Positions 34,284 to 47,075 of a stretch of 64,000 nucleotides of DNA are shown in pieces (position 1 is the stretch's first letter; each line of letters opens with the position of its first letter). Position numbers and translations under genes: made by a program. Location of the stretch: NCBI RefSeq assembly GCF_021028975.2, contig NC_059439.1, positions 18,848,001 through 18,912,000 on the forward strand, read 5' to 3'. This DNA comes from Sphaerodactylus townsendi. Lineage: Eukaryota. A model generated the notes under the pieces. It saw only the letters and a list, made by a program, of their open reading frames with translations. It searched no databases and was not told the DNA's origin.

Positions 34284-35337
34284 AGTTGGCTAGTCTGCAT
34301 GCCAGTATGGGACTGGTGACAGTGGCCACTTCCTTTCAGCAAAGGCCTCAGCTGGCAAACTAGCTTATTAAAAGATGCCTCACTATCACATGATCCAGTG
34401 ATGTAGAAGAGAGATCTCCACATTCAGGAATTTTTGTTTTTAATGAGCATTGTCTAAAATTAACTTATCGCTGCTATGGAGATCGGGTGTGGAATAAAAA
34501 GGAGATTATAAAAAAAACAACAAACCAACCAGACACAAAAGGAAACAATGCCAAACAAGGAGCGTCTGAAAGAAAGGCTGGTTGATGCTGAGGCGATTAG
34601 AAAAATATGAGCATATGTACCAACCGAGAAGCCATTTGAGTTTTCTGAGCAGGAGACTGAAGAGTTTTCAGTGGTGGAGGCAAGATCTGGAGCAACAGAT
34701 AAAAGGCCCGTTCCCTGATAATGCTAAAGGAAAAACAAGCAGCATATTTTAACAATATCTCTTATTTATTTTCTACCTGTCACTCAAGCGGTCCTTTTGT
34801 GTGCGCACGGAGCAAAGGGACTTGTTTATTTGAAATGCACGCATCGGACACAATCCTAACTATAGAAAAGGGGGAAATACAAAGGAAGGCAAGCAAGATC
34901 TTCGGGGGGGGGGGGGGGGTTGCGGCACCTGTCCTAGGAGAAAAGGCTGGAGAGTCTACAGAAAAAGAGCACGTTGAAGACATGATAAGAGGTTTACAAA
35001 ATTATGCCTAGGGCTTAGAATGGGAGTTTCCCCTCCCACGCTAAAAATACCACACCTTTGAGGAACCCAATGACATTTGGGGGGAAATAGGTTCAAAACA
35101 GAACAAAAGGGTTTTTTTAAAAAAACTTAATGAGGAATTGAACTCAGAAGGCAGTTAGGTGAGAAAGATTCATTGAGGGAGAGGCCCATTAATGGGTGCT
35201 ATTATAGCTATGGTGACTGAAGGGAACCTCCATTTCCAGCGGCAACGTTGAGTGGTTGTGGTAGGGAAGAATCTTGGCTTGTTTTTTTGGGGCCCTCCAG
35301 GACAACTGGTTGGCAGCTGGACTGGATGCACCACTGG

Positions 35338-35874
35338 CAGGGGCGTATCGCAGGACATATGGAGTCAAATGTCCCCGGGGCTTCAGTCATTAAGTCAGTT
35401 GGGGGGATGGAAAATCACCCCCACACCCCTCCTCCTTCCCCTTGGGTCTATGGGCGTTTCCCCACTCACCAAGATCCCCCCCTATGCCGCGTGCTGCTCT
35501 CAGCGCGCGACATCTCTGGCGCGCGCCCGGGCATCCCCACGACCCCACGGTTTCTGCGCGGGGTCATCAAAAGTCGCCGTTTTCTCCAGCGCCAGGGATG
35601 CCGTGCGCTGAGGGGGCGCGACAGCGGCAGCGGCGGGGCGGCTGCGCTGTCGCTGCCCCTGTCGTGGGGAGTGCCGGGGAACCCCGCGCTACTTGTGGAG
35701 AGTAGCGCGGGGCTTCAGGTAAGTGGGGAAAGGCCCTAGAATGCAATGGTGACTTTGAGGTGACCTGTTGCAAAAAAAGTTGTTTGGTTGTCGTGTGGGA
35801 GGGCGGCCACCCATACTGGGGCAGGGGGGACTCAAATTTTGCACCAAGCTACATTTTCCCTAGATACGCCTCTG
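35338..35874. mobile_element. hAT MITE carrying a nested CpG-rich Harbinger-like MITE (35452-35736)
   Basis: TSD ACCACTGG/ACCACCGG; host homologous to 26915-27417; insert homologous to 16225-16505. Confidence 0.85.
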
Positions 35875-36354
35875 ACCACCGGTCTGACCAAGCAGGCTTT
35901 CCTAATGCTCTTACGTTCACAGGGCATGTATAAATCACAGCGGTATAGTCACTTTATATCATGTTAACTGGTGTGGCTTCTCGCCACTGGAGATCTAGCT
36001 CCAGTCGCAGAACTACTGCAGAGTTCTGGGGGAGGAAAAAAAAATAAACCATTGTAGATAAGTTGAGAAGAAATAATGGTGTTCCTGAGGAATCATCACA
36101 CACGGTCTCAGACATATGGTGGGAAAGCCATCTTCTTTAACTTGAAATGGCATCTCGTTTTACCAATAATAAAAACTCCAATGATGAACCATCTGGTTTT
36201 CTCTACCTCTTCCTTAAAATTCATGGGTGCCTAAAAGACGAACTGCAAACTGTTTCTTTTTTTAAAAAAAGCTCCATGCATAAGCGCCAGAACAGAGAAT
36301 AAATGCATCCTGTTTAATGAAGCCAGCGGTGGCAAGATATCAAAATCTGCCTGT

Positions 36355-36692
36355 CCCGTTTCACATAAAGACGGTAGTTCAGTCAACTGAGGTGCAGCAG
36401 TTGATAAAGTTGTATGCTTCCGCGTTAGAATATAGTCCCGAATGAATATGAGAATTATTCATTTTTATGCGCTGCCTTTGTCATTATTTTGTGCATTATT
36501 GAACATCGTACTTTGATACAAGAGAATTCATGCCAAAATGTATTTTTACTTTCAAACGGATGGAGGGAGCAGGGCTATGTACCACTAGGACCCAGGTGGA
36601 GCATTCTACAACAAAGAAGGTCTGGCGTGGTTTTTTTGCGGTGGGGGGGGGATGGAGGAATACACAATCTACTATCTTTATGTGGAACAGAG
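36355..36692. mobile_element. Tc1/mariner-like MITE (inverted copy of 27913)
   Basis: GTTTCACATAAAGA...TCTTTATGTGGAACAGAG-TA. Confidence 0.7.
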
Positions 36693-37149
36693 TACAGCCG
36701 TAGAAATTATAAAAATAAATGCATCTGTGTACCGTGACAGTATACCTCAGAGTACTGAATAGAAGAGTTTAGATTTATACCCCACCTTTCTCTCCTGTAA
36801 GGAGACTCAAGGTGGCTTACAAGCTCCTTTCCCTTCCTCTTGCCACAACAGACACCTTGTAAGGCAAGTAGGACTGAGAGAATGTGGAGAGAACTGTGAC
36901 TAGGAATACACAATCTACTATCTTTATGTGGAACAGAGTACAGCCGTAGAAATTATAAAAATAAATGCATCTGTGTACCGTGACAGTATACCTCAGAGTA
37001 CTGAATAGAAGAGTTTAGATTTATACCCCACCTTTCTCTCCTGTAAGGAGACTCAAGGTGGCTTACAAGCTCCTTTCCCTTCCTCTCGCCACAACAGACA
37101 CCTTGTAAGGCAAGTAGGACTGAGAGAATGTGGAGAGAACTGTGACTAG
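36658..37149. repeat. 246-bp direct tandem duplication
   Basis: 36658-36903 is repeated at 36904-37149; one difference seen (CTCTTGCC vs CTCTCGCC). Confidence 0.92.
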
Positions 37150-37298
37150 CCCAAGGTCACCCAGCAGGCTTCATGTGGAGGAACTGGGAAACAAACCTGG
37201 TTCAGCAGATTAGAGTCCACTGTTCATGTAAAGGAGTGGGGAATCAAACCTGGATCTCTAGATTAGAGTTCACTGTTGTCAACCGCTACACAACGCTG
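37005..37298 (-). mobile_element. Squam3-like SINE
   Basis: Reverse-complement match to the family. Confidence 0.8.
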
Positions 37299-37401
37299 CC
37301 TCCATGCGCAGCAAACGCTCTACCATGAGCCACAGCCCCTCTCCCAAAGTATGATCAAGCAACAATGTTCTCAAGGATTTCACATTTTGATCCTCTCTAT
37401 A

Positions 37402-37543
37402 AGGCTCATTCCGCACATGCAGAATAATGCACTTTCAAACTGCTTTCAGTGGTCTTTGAAGCTGTGCGGAATAGCAAAATCCACTTGCAAACAGTTGTGA
37501 AAGTGGTTTGAAAACGCATTATTTTGCGTGTGCAGAAGGGGCC
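37402..37543. mobile_element. Palindromic Harbinger-like MITE (CCGCACATGCAGAATAATGCACTTTCAA family)
   Basis: Foldback structure with TAA flanks; other copies at ~29987-30103, 49095-49237, 53610-53742, 55428-55602. Confidence 0.8.
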
Positions 37544-39689
37544 TAAGTTGTGTGTTTCTGATCAATCATGTGCTTTTAAGAACGTATGCTGTAGCATTTT
37601 GAACTGTGGCATTCCTCAGGTTGTCAGCCTCTGGTATGAATATTTCTTGGGTAAGAATATGCAGCCCTGGTGGTTCCTTTTGCACTGACCTGGATAGCGT
37701 AGGCTAGCCTGATCTTGTGTGGTATAAACTTAAAGGATCAGCGCTAGTATTTGGATGGGATACCACTATACAGAGGAGGTCAATAGCAAACCCCAAGGTT
37801 ACCATCTTGCTTGAAAACCCAACAAGGGATTGCCATAATTGCCTGGTTCCATTTCCCCATGCTACTGCATCCTCTGATGTGGCTACATGCCCTGAATTGC
37901 ACAAGGGTGCCCGTGTCTCTCACACCTATATGAATTGTTCCGGTTTTATTATCCAGATTCCAGATTCCTTGTCTGGGTTTTGTCTGAGCTGTAATACTGA
38001 TCAACATTAGTCAGAACTCTCCGTTAACATTTGAATATTGCCTCCGCTTGCACGCGCTGGTGCGTCTTCCGGTTGTTCAGAGAGTTACCGCATTTCTTCA
38101 GACTCTTCCAGATTACGTTTTTAATGGGATAAAATGGTTACTCGGTTATCTTTGCTAAGGCAGCACATTTCCCTCAAGGGAAATTGCATTTTGCCAGCAC
38201 TCTGAAAAGAAAGTATTTGTCACTAGGAAAGATAACCTTGGTTCCTTCTCACAGCTAGGACACCTATTGTGAGCTTTACAGAAGGCGCAGGTGTCTATTG
38301 GCTAGTACCTGTGCATCACTATCAATTTATGACTTTATTTTTTAAGGCGCTGAAGACCTTCCTGTTCTAACAAAAGCTGATTACACTCCAAGAAGAAAAG
38401 CAAAAGAGAGAGACCCGTCTTGTAACGGTGTTCGGGATTTTATGCGCCCTCTCTCCTTTCCTCCCCTATTTAATATTTTCCAGTTGTATTATTTACAGCC
38501 TGAGTATCTTCCTTTCTCCTCCAGCACGGGAGTTCATACCTTCCCCGTTATTTTAAGCACTGCCACTCTACCAGTATATTTACATAGGGCCAGTCTATAA
38601 TTCCACTGCTGTTGATTCAGAGCTTGCATTTCTACAGCATCAAGCATAAAATGTTTTATTTCCCCCCTGCCACCTCAAAAGGCCCTTAATGATGCATGGC
38701 TTGCTGCTTCCCCCATGAATTGTCTTCTGTGTTGCATTGATTTGCAGTTCTTGGGCTTTGCGTATTGATTTTTTTTCCTTTGCACCTTCCCATAGAGCAT
38801 GTCGTGATATATTTCCATGTGCTTCCCGGATTCTCTCAGCTACCACACTTCCTCTACAAGGCCCAGTAACGGATGCCCGATCTTGCAGGGCTTTTGTTTC
38901 ACGCTTCTCCCTGGTGCAAATGAATGCTCATAGGCTGTTGCATGTGCAGAAGATACATTCCATGAGGATGATGGATGCGTTTCTCCAGGCTATGCTGACT
39001 GACACGTTTTTATGGACTGGAGCATTTTTTCTCATTGGCTTGCACGAATTGGTGGACTGCTCAGCAGCACGTGGTTTGGAGTGGTCCCTCCTCCCCCTTC
39101 AGGTTCCCTTAAGGTGCCTGTATGGCCCCTTCCCCTGAGTCAAACCGACTGGTGCATCTCCTTGTAGTGGGTGGCTTGACAGATTTCTCTCTGTCGCATG
39201 GACTGGTGCATTTCCCCAGATTGTTGCTCCCCCCCTCCCTGTAGCCCACGGAATAATCTTTTCTGCCAAGGTACAAGGAATTGTGCACTGGGTAGGAAGG
39301 GGGGGGGGGGAGGGCGTCCACACGGAGTTGCGGCTTGCATTCTGGGTGCTTCCCCCTTGGGTTGCTGCATTTCCTCAGGTGGAGGTGCATTTCCAGGAGA
39401 CACATGCACATCAGTCTTTTCTCTCTCCCTCCCCCCGCTGCATGAATCAGTGCATTTCTCTTCTTGCATTTGGTGCATTTTTTTTCCTTCCAGTGGTGCA
39501 GTGCCTCAGACTCCGGACTGTTGCATGCCCTCGGATTATAATACAAATCTTTGGATCGTTGCATTGATTTCATGCATCTTACTCTCCCCTGCCTGCCTGC
39601 TCCCCCCCCCCCCTTCCTTCTACCTGCGATGCATCTGATTTTTCCTCCCCTCCTCTTCCTCCCCCCTCCTCTCCCCTAAAAAAAAACCA

Positions 39690-40400
39690 CCGGATGACAT
39701 CATCCTAAAACCCAGCCCCGCCCACCGGCTTCCCCAATTGGCTTCCCCGGGCCTTTCCCCCGCCCATCAGCCGGCCCACCCATTGGCTGCGCCTCTTCGC
39801 CCCTCGGAGCCCGGCTCGTGCCCCTCCCTTCCCCACGCGTGGGCGGGCCTCAGGGGCAGTCCCGGACCTGACCGCGCGCTGGTTGGGCGAGCGCCTTGTC
39901 AGTCAGGGGTCTCTTAAAGGGCCAGGCGCGCCCAGGTTTGCGCGGAGCGGAGGGGCGGGATTCTCTCCTCCTTTCGCTCGCTGGAGCTGCCCGGGCGGGC
40001 TGGAGGGGGGGCGCCAGGCGGTGGCCGACCGGCCGGGAGGGAGGGATGCCGGGGCCGGGGAGCGGGATCCCCTTGGGGGGCTGGCAACGTCCCTGAAGGG
40101 GCCAAGCTCTGGGCAGCATCTGCATCCCTCCCTGCATCATCAGCAGCAGCAGCGCCTCCTCCGCCTGCTGCAAAAGCAGGTAAGCACCGGGCTCGGGACC
40201 CCTGCGCCGCTCCCCGTTGCTGCCTTGCGCCCGACCCCCCATGGCCACGTCCGGCTCCCTCCCCTGCCTAAAAATCGCCTAGCCAGCCTATTCCCACCTC
40301 GCCCTGCTCTGCATCCCTCCCTCTCTCGCCGGCCTTTTCCCAAATGCAACACCCCCCCCCCACCCGCATCCCCGGGTCGGCCGCTCCCAATGACACCCAC
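39690..40400 (+). promoter_or_regulatory. PPFIA3: CpG-island promoter of PPFIA3
   Basis: Very GC/CpG-rich; CRE/ATF-like palindrome GGATGACATCATCC (~39692), CCAAT/ATTGG boxes (~39734, ~39782), several GC boxes (CCCCGCCC, GGGGCGGG); upstream of the PPFIA3 coding exon on the same strand. Confidence 0.8.
39850..40179 (+). other. PPFIA3: Probable non-coding first exon of PPFIA3 (5' end approximate)
   Basis: Strong donor CAG|GTAAGC at 40179/40180 inside the CpG island; liprin-alpha genes start translation in exon 2. Confidence 0.65.
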
Positions 40401-43400
40401 GGCGTTGCTGCCACCCTTCCCAAAGCACCCCCACCCGCCCGCCCGCCTGCTCTCCTCCCTTGGTCCCCACGCAGCCTTCCCCCCGGATGCCCCTGCCGGA
40501 TTCTCCACCCTCCCCACGGCACGCCGTTTGCATCTCAACTCCTCCGTGGGGTTCAGCCTCCCGGGGCTTCCCTATTCCTTCCCCGCACCCTTCCCCAGAG
40601 AGCTGGTCCTGGGTGCCTTCAGCGCTTGGCCACGCAGCCCACCACCCTCTCGGCGTCCCTGCCAAAGCCATGGCAGCCTCTGGCCTCCTGGAAGCTTCCA
40701 AGCCTCCAACCAAGGCTGACCCACCTTCCAGCAGCTCCCCATGCCGGAGTCTGCTGCCTTGGGGGGTAGCTCTGCCTCACCTGGGAAGACCAGGTGCCCA
40801 ACACCTTGCAGTCCACACGCTGCCCCCTTCGTCTGGCCCCCGAGATACTTGGGACCCCACATAAGCGATCTCACTGAATGACCCCCCCCCCAAATCTTTC
40901 TCCGAGGGCCTGCCTTCTCCCCACTCAAACCTGGCCCTCTCTCAGACTCCTGTATCCCAGACCCCAAGAGCAAATGCCCTCTGACCCACGGCGATGTCCC
41001 CGTTTCCATTGCTTCCCTTTTCCTTCCTCCCCCCCCCCATCTGTTTTGTGCTCTGTTGGGCTGTCCCCAGTTCTCCTTTGAGTCTCATTGCATCCCCCCT
41101 TCTGCAAACGCCATGACAACCTGCCCCCCTCATTGATTCCTGCCTGTCTGCTGTACTGCGTGCGTCCCCCCTATTTAAAACTTAGAACACGTCCCCCTTT
41201 CAGCTGTACATAATCACCCACCTGGTTTTCTCCCCATTGGTGCCCAAAGCACCCCTAAAACGTGGCTATCACAAGCTGGGCTGTATGTCTACATAACTTC
41301 CCCCAGCCCCCTTTTAGAAACCCCTATTTCATCTCTAGGCAACCCCCGTTCTTTTTCTCAGGTTTTGCTCTCCACCGGAAAGCATCTCTCAACGGCCTGG
41401 TTTCCCCCCATTTTCCCCGGCCTACAGTTTTCATTCCCTACATCTCAGGTCCCCTTGATTGGCCTACAACCCAGTTCCCTTTGGTTGGCCTAAGCGTGAA
41501 GTCCCATCCCTTCTTACTCTTTACTCCCAAATCCTGTATGTCACTCTTATTTCTTTGCCTCTCCTCCCTACGTATCCGGGACTTGTGGGTCCTCAACTGA
41601 CTGCTAACCAGTCCTTTCCCTTTTGATTTCCGCCTCAAGCTTTGTAGACCCTCTCCAGATGTCCTGCGCCCCCCTCTGATCCCATTATCCTTTGCCAACA
41701 TCCTGTCATCCACGTCTCCATTTTTATTGAACCAACATTTTTACTCGTTTTCCTAGTCTACACATACTGCCATGTCGTGTCGCGATCACCTGAGCTGGAT
41801 TCTCTTTAGCTTGCTTTACCAGCCAAATGCTGCTTCCACGTATCCTCTTTCTACCTTCAAACCTACATCTTCCCTTCCGGTATCCCTGTCCCTGGGGTCA
41901 TTTGTGTCTAACAAGATACATTTGTCCACCATTTCCTTGGAGCGTGAGATACAGGAAGGTATCACGCGCTGTCCTTGGTGATAGAAGTTATAACTACCGG
42001 TTGGGGGTATGGAGTGTCAAAACATCGCACCCTGGGTGGGATCTCACCAGCTTTTTTGTTCGCGAAGGGCGGAGGAGAAAGAGGTTCTCGTTGGTCACCC
42101 GTAAAGGCCATTGGGGGAATTGTGGGGTTTCCTGGACAAAAGCCATGAGGTACAGGGGCTGAATCCAACTGAGCCTGCTTTAAAGCTCTGTGCTCCAAAG
42201 ATGGAGATTTCTTAATACACACATTAAAATTCGGGGGCTGCCCTGTTGTGGATTTCCAGGGGGACCCATCTCATTCTTACACAGATGTTGTGTGCAGCTG
42301 AAACGAAGCTGGCTATTGAAGGTTTTCTTACTATCAGCGTATTTCCCACCACCATGTTTTCAAGCTTGTTGATTCTCTGTTTGCTATCTTGGATGCATCT
42401 GGACCGATAGCCCTCATGTAGGGGTCTAGAACAAGATGAAAAGCATGCCGCTTCTCGGGCACACGATTCATGTTCAGGTCGGATATCATTTGAAAAGTCC
42501 GACAAGCATTTTGCATGCATCGTTGTGTGGGCTGCGACCAGTTGTTGATGTGAAACACGCTTGCGCAAGTGAATTCAGAGGGGTGTACTTTGATGATACG
42601 CGCTTGTTGATGTGCATTTGTGGTTTAGTAATCACTTGGACGCATGTTGTGTCACAGAGCCATAGTTGTGTTGTGCATGTGTGAATGTGTGAAAGCCTTC
42701 CATGCGCGCGTTAGTCGCAAGATATGCCATCTCAGTTGTGTCAACACGATTGCTGGATGCACAGAAATGTTGGAAGATACCAATAGGTGGTTTACAGCAT
42801 CAATGTATGCATTGTGTTACAGTGTGCGAGCTCTTTTTGTACAGTGTTCTGGAGCATGTGTGGGTCATGTGGAATAAAGTATCACCTTTAGTTTTGAAGT
42901 ATACATAGACATGTCAAAACGAATGGGGTTGAATGTTATGTGATTCTGGTCACAGTGGCAAAGAATGAGGGCATATTGTCTGATCCCATAACATATAAGT
43001 TATGTGTAAGTTACACTGCATTGGTTCATACAAAGGTGGTTTGTTTGCACCAAGCATGTGTGTTTGCTCGCTGTTGCACTGTGAACTCTCATGTGTTTCC
43101 ACATTGAGCGCCTGTAATGGGGTTGGATCCAGATTAATTTTTCCTACATCAGAATGATGTTTTCCAGTCTCTCCCACCTACCCACCCACTGCAGCTCATT
43201 GGTCCCTACAAATACTATTCTTGGTGGATAGATGACCCTGAGGAATGTCATGAGAGGTGTCTGAAAGTGGGAATTGGTGGAAACTACCAGTTTAGTCTGA
43301 GGTCAACACTTTGGTGCCGCATAATTTGGAACAGGTTTGCTAGTTGTAAGCCACGTGGCCCATGGGTTTGGGAGGGACTTCCCCTGGTACAAGAATCTGT

Positions 43401-44150
43401 CTGGGTTGCACTTCTGTTGTGAACTATGGTGAACAAAACTGACCACATAAACAGCACCACTGTGCCTCACAAGGCTCAGCTCGGTTGACTCTTGAACGGT
43501 GGCAGTTCTTCGGGGTCTCGGGCAGATGTCTCCTTCCATCGGTCACCTGAGAGGCTTGAACTGGAGAAGTGTGGGATCGAACCTGGATCCTTGTGCGTGC
43601 CAAACAGATTCTCTACTACAGAGCTGCAGGCCTTGCCCATTCCAAACCCAGTAGTGTGCAAGTATAATAGCGGTTCTGAGTACATATGCCTAAATGGGTG
43701 CATTCTTGGTGAAAGTCCGTGTTTTCTTCCAAAAAGATGCCGATTTTTCACAGAGGGTGAACTAAGAGAAGAATTATGTTCCATGCATAGTTCCGTAATT
43801 ATTCCCCCACCCCCCACCCCAACTTTTTGTAACAAAATGCAGTTGCAGGGGCTGGTATTTAAAGAGGAAAGCACGCGTATGTGCTATTTAACTCTTTCTC
43901 CTTGGTATCTGATGAAGGTAGCTTTGACTCAAAGAAGCTTATACCCTGGAATATTTGGTTGGCCTTTTAGGTGCTATTGGACTCCAGTTCTACTACTACG
44001 GAGTAACAAGGCTACCCATCTGAAACTATCTCCATATACAGTTTTCCTACCAAAGCTGTCATTCATTAGATGCTTTTATACATACTGGTGTGGGAGAGGA
44101 AGGGAAAGGAGCTTGTAAGCCATCTTGAGTCTCCTTGCAGGAGAGAAAGG

Positions 44151-44364
44151 NNNNNNNNNNNNNNNNNNNNNNNNNNNNNNNNNNNNNNNNNNNNNNNNNN
44201 NNNNNNNNNNNNNNNNNNNNNNNNNNNNNNNNNNNNNNNNNNNNNNNNNNNNNNNNNNNNNNNNNNNNNNNNNNNNNNNNNNNNNNNNNNNNNNNNNNNN
44301 NNNNNNNNNNNNNNNNNNNNNNNNNNNNNNNNNNNNNNNNNNNNNNNNNNNNNNNNNNNNNNNN
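44151..44364. other. Assembly gap (at a SINE tail)
   Basis: Run of N. Confidence 1.
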
Positions 44365-46454
44365 AACCTAAGTTGGGAGTGGTGACTGAGCCGTTCATAT
44401 TGTGTAGTCCTACCCTAATGCTCGTTCTACTGATTTTTTTTTTCAAAATTCTCTTCCAAGATGAGGTGTCTCTTCAGATAATGTGGAGTGATTGATGGCA
44501 AAGTCTAGGTTGTCAGGAAGAAAGGGTGTGTTTATTACTGAGACAAGGACACAACTAAAATACTTGTTTCTTGTCCTGCCCTGGTTACTCAACTGTTCAC
44601 TAAGGACTAGAAACTTGCTATTTTTGTAAAGTGAGATTTTCAGAGTATCTGCTTATTTTCCTTAGAGCTGGATAAGTGTATTTGGTGCATCTACACAGGA
44701 TAGATATTTATAACGTCCCGTATTAAACGTATGATTGTTTGGTGCCACGGTATTTATATTCATATGTATTACCTTATGTGTGTATGTGTGAGAGAGAGTA
44801 TGTACATATGTTTGCTTTGGCCTTCACATGTCTTTGAGGCTCAACGTCCATAGCTCTACGAATGAATATCTCAGGATCTCATTACTTCTCATCTGCACAT
44901 GTGTGTAAATCATGCACAGGATTTAATATGAGCTGGTCCATCGTGTGTGTACACAGGACGCGGATCCAGTGTCTGTGTTCTGTGGTCCCCAAAGTCTGAC
45001 CGTTTCATGGCTACTTCCGTGTGCCCTGGCTATTCCCTCCTTAACCATCCCAAAAGCCATGTCCCAACCTGTAATAAGTGGTGGCTGAGATTGATTTATA
45101 GCCAAGAAAGCTGGCTGGATGCAGCTTGCGTCTCTACCAGCTGCCACATTGCCTCGTGTGGGTCTCAATGCCTTTTGAAGATGCAGGAGCGATCGTGGGC
45201 CTACGCAGGCGTTGGAACTGTATGTTTCAGTGCACAAAAATTTGAGGGTCCTTGGAGTTTCCTTTCGTGCTCGAAAGTGGGGCCTTGGAATGTGCATTGC
45301 TTGGAAGGGGCAGCGCAGTTCACCGAGAGTCATATATAAATCCTTTGACTTCCATGGATCTACACGCAAGGCTTAATTTAAGTGACACTTCCTTAAAGCG
45401 AGGATTCCTTCAAGGTTCAGTCCTGGTGCTTGCTATCAGTCATAGGACCGAGCCGTGTAATAGGCAAGAATTCTTTTATTCATTCCAAAGCGTCTAGGAC
45501 AGGATCAGCTGGCTTCTTTTCCAGGCTCTGGAATTCGTCTTCCTTGTGATTTCAGGGTGTCCTCGGAGAGTGCTTGCAAGCACAAAGCAGGCTTGTGTCT
45601 GGCCTCTGTATGGGTAGACTTTCCCAGCATTCTAGAATCCTCCCTTCAGTTCCATGTATGCCAGCAAGAGGGCGTGATATAAACGAAATGCCACGCTAAT
45701 TGCTTTTGGAATAATCTGGGCCTGGAAATTCTGGGGGAAGGAGCGTCTCTGTGTGCAGCCAGACCCGGAGAACGAGATTGCCGGGTGGAATCCTGACACC
45801 CAAATGTAATTCTGTTTCTTTGGACTGTCTGGAGGAGAAGAGAGCGCCTTTGGATTTACAGGAAGGACCTTTGGGTGTAGGAATGAGGTTTCCTGTGGGC
45901 ATGATTTCTACCCAGCAACCCTGCTCTTTAAATATTCAGCCTTGCCTCTGTTCCCAAAGAGACCAGCATGCAATAACTACCTGCTGCAGAAGGGATGTAA
46001 TTCTCAGCTCACCTGTGAAGTTCCTTTATATTGTCTAGCTCAAATTGTCTTCTCTGAGCCATAGCAGATAGAGTACTTTCCCCAGTTCTGCTGCCCGAGA
46101 TCCTTTGACTGGATATGCCAGAGGTTGAAAGGGGGGCCTCCTGTATGAACAGATAGTGTTTTAAAACTTGAGTTACAGCAGTTTCTCTCGAGCATGAAGG
46201 AATAACTTGGTGGAACTCAGTATAGAAGGTGAAAGCAGACTGGAAAAAGTAGGGATAAGGAGCTTGTACTCTCAAACTCCTGGGAAGTATACTTAAGTCA
46301 AATATTAAGGCTTAATGGAGTTTAACAACAGAGTAGAGTGTTTTGGGCACCTCTTTCCCTAACAGTGCCTCTATTGAGAGCCCAGCTGGATGATGGCCCA
46401 GGGTTCAGGAGGCCCAAGGTCAGTAAGCGGATGAGATTGTTGGCGTGACATGGC

Positions 46455-47075
46455 GAAAAAGCTCCTGCTGGATCAGACCAGAGTCCATCTAGTCCAGCAC
46501 TCTGCTACTCGCAGTGGCCCACCAGGTGCCTTTGGGAGCTCACCTGCAGGATGTGACAGCAATGGCCTTCTGCTGCTGCTCCCGAGCACCTGGTCTGCTA
46601 AGGCATTTGCAATCTCTGATCAAGGAGGATCAAGATTGGTAGCCATAGATCGACTTCTTCTCCATAAATCTGTCCAAGCCCCTTTTAAAGCTATCCAGGT
46701 TAGTGACCATCACCACCTCCTGTGGCAACATATTCCAAACAGCAATCACACATTGCGTGAAGAAATGTTTCCTTTTGTTAGTCCTGATTCTTCCCCCCGG
46801 TTTTCAATGAATGCCCCCTGGTTCTAGTATTATGAGAAAGAGGAAAAAATTCTCTCTGTCAACGTTTTCTACCCCATGCATAATTTTATAGACTTCAATC
46901 ATATCCGCCCTCAGACGTCTTCTCTCCAAATTAAAAGAGTCCCAAACGCTGCAGCCTCTCCTCATAAGGAAGGTGCTCCAGTCCCTCAATCATCCTTGTT
47001 GCCCTTTTCGGCACTTTTTCTATCTCTTCGATATCCTTTTTGAGATGTGGCGACCAGAACTGAACACAGTACTCC
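46455..47075 (-). mobile_element. CR1 LINE 3' fragment (ORF2 end and 3' UTR)
   Basis: Minus-strand peptides [47 protein letters not shown] and LERRRLRADMIEVYKIMHG are typical of CR1 ORF2; frameshifted. Confidence 0.92.

Noticed and set aside
39850-41009. 278-aa and other Pro/Gly-rich ORFs at the PPFIA3 CpG island, possible C19orf73 homolog
   Set aside because: Low-complexity GC-driven ORFs, many with non-ATG starts and no recognisable similarity
45660-45678. CTCF-like CCAGCAAGAGGGCG (also CCACTAGATGGA at ~63780 on the minus strand)
   Set aside because: Mismatches at core positions; not supportable without binding data
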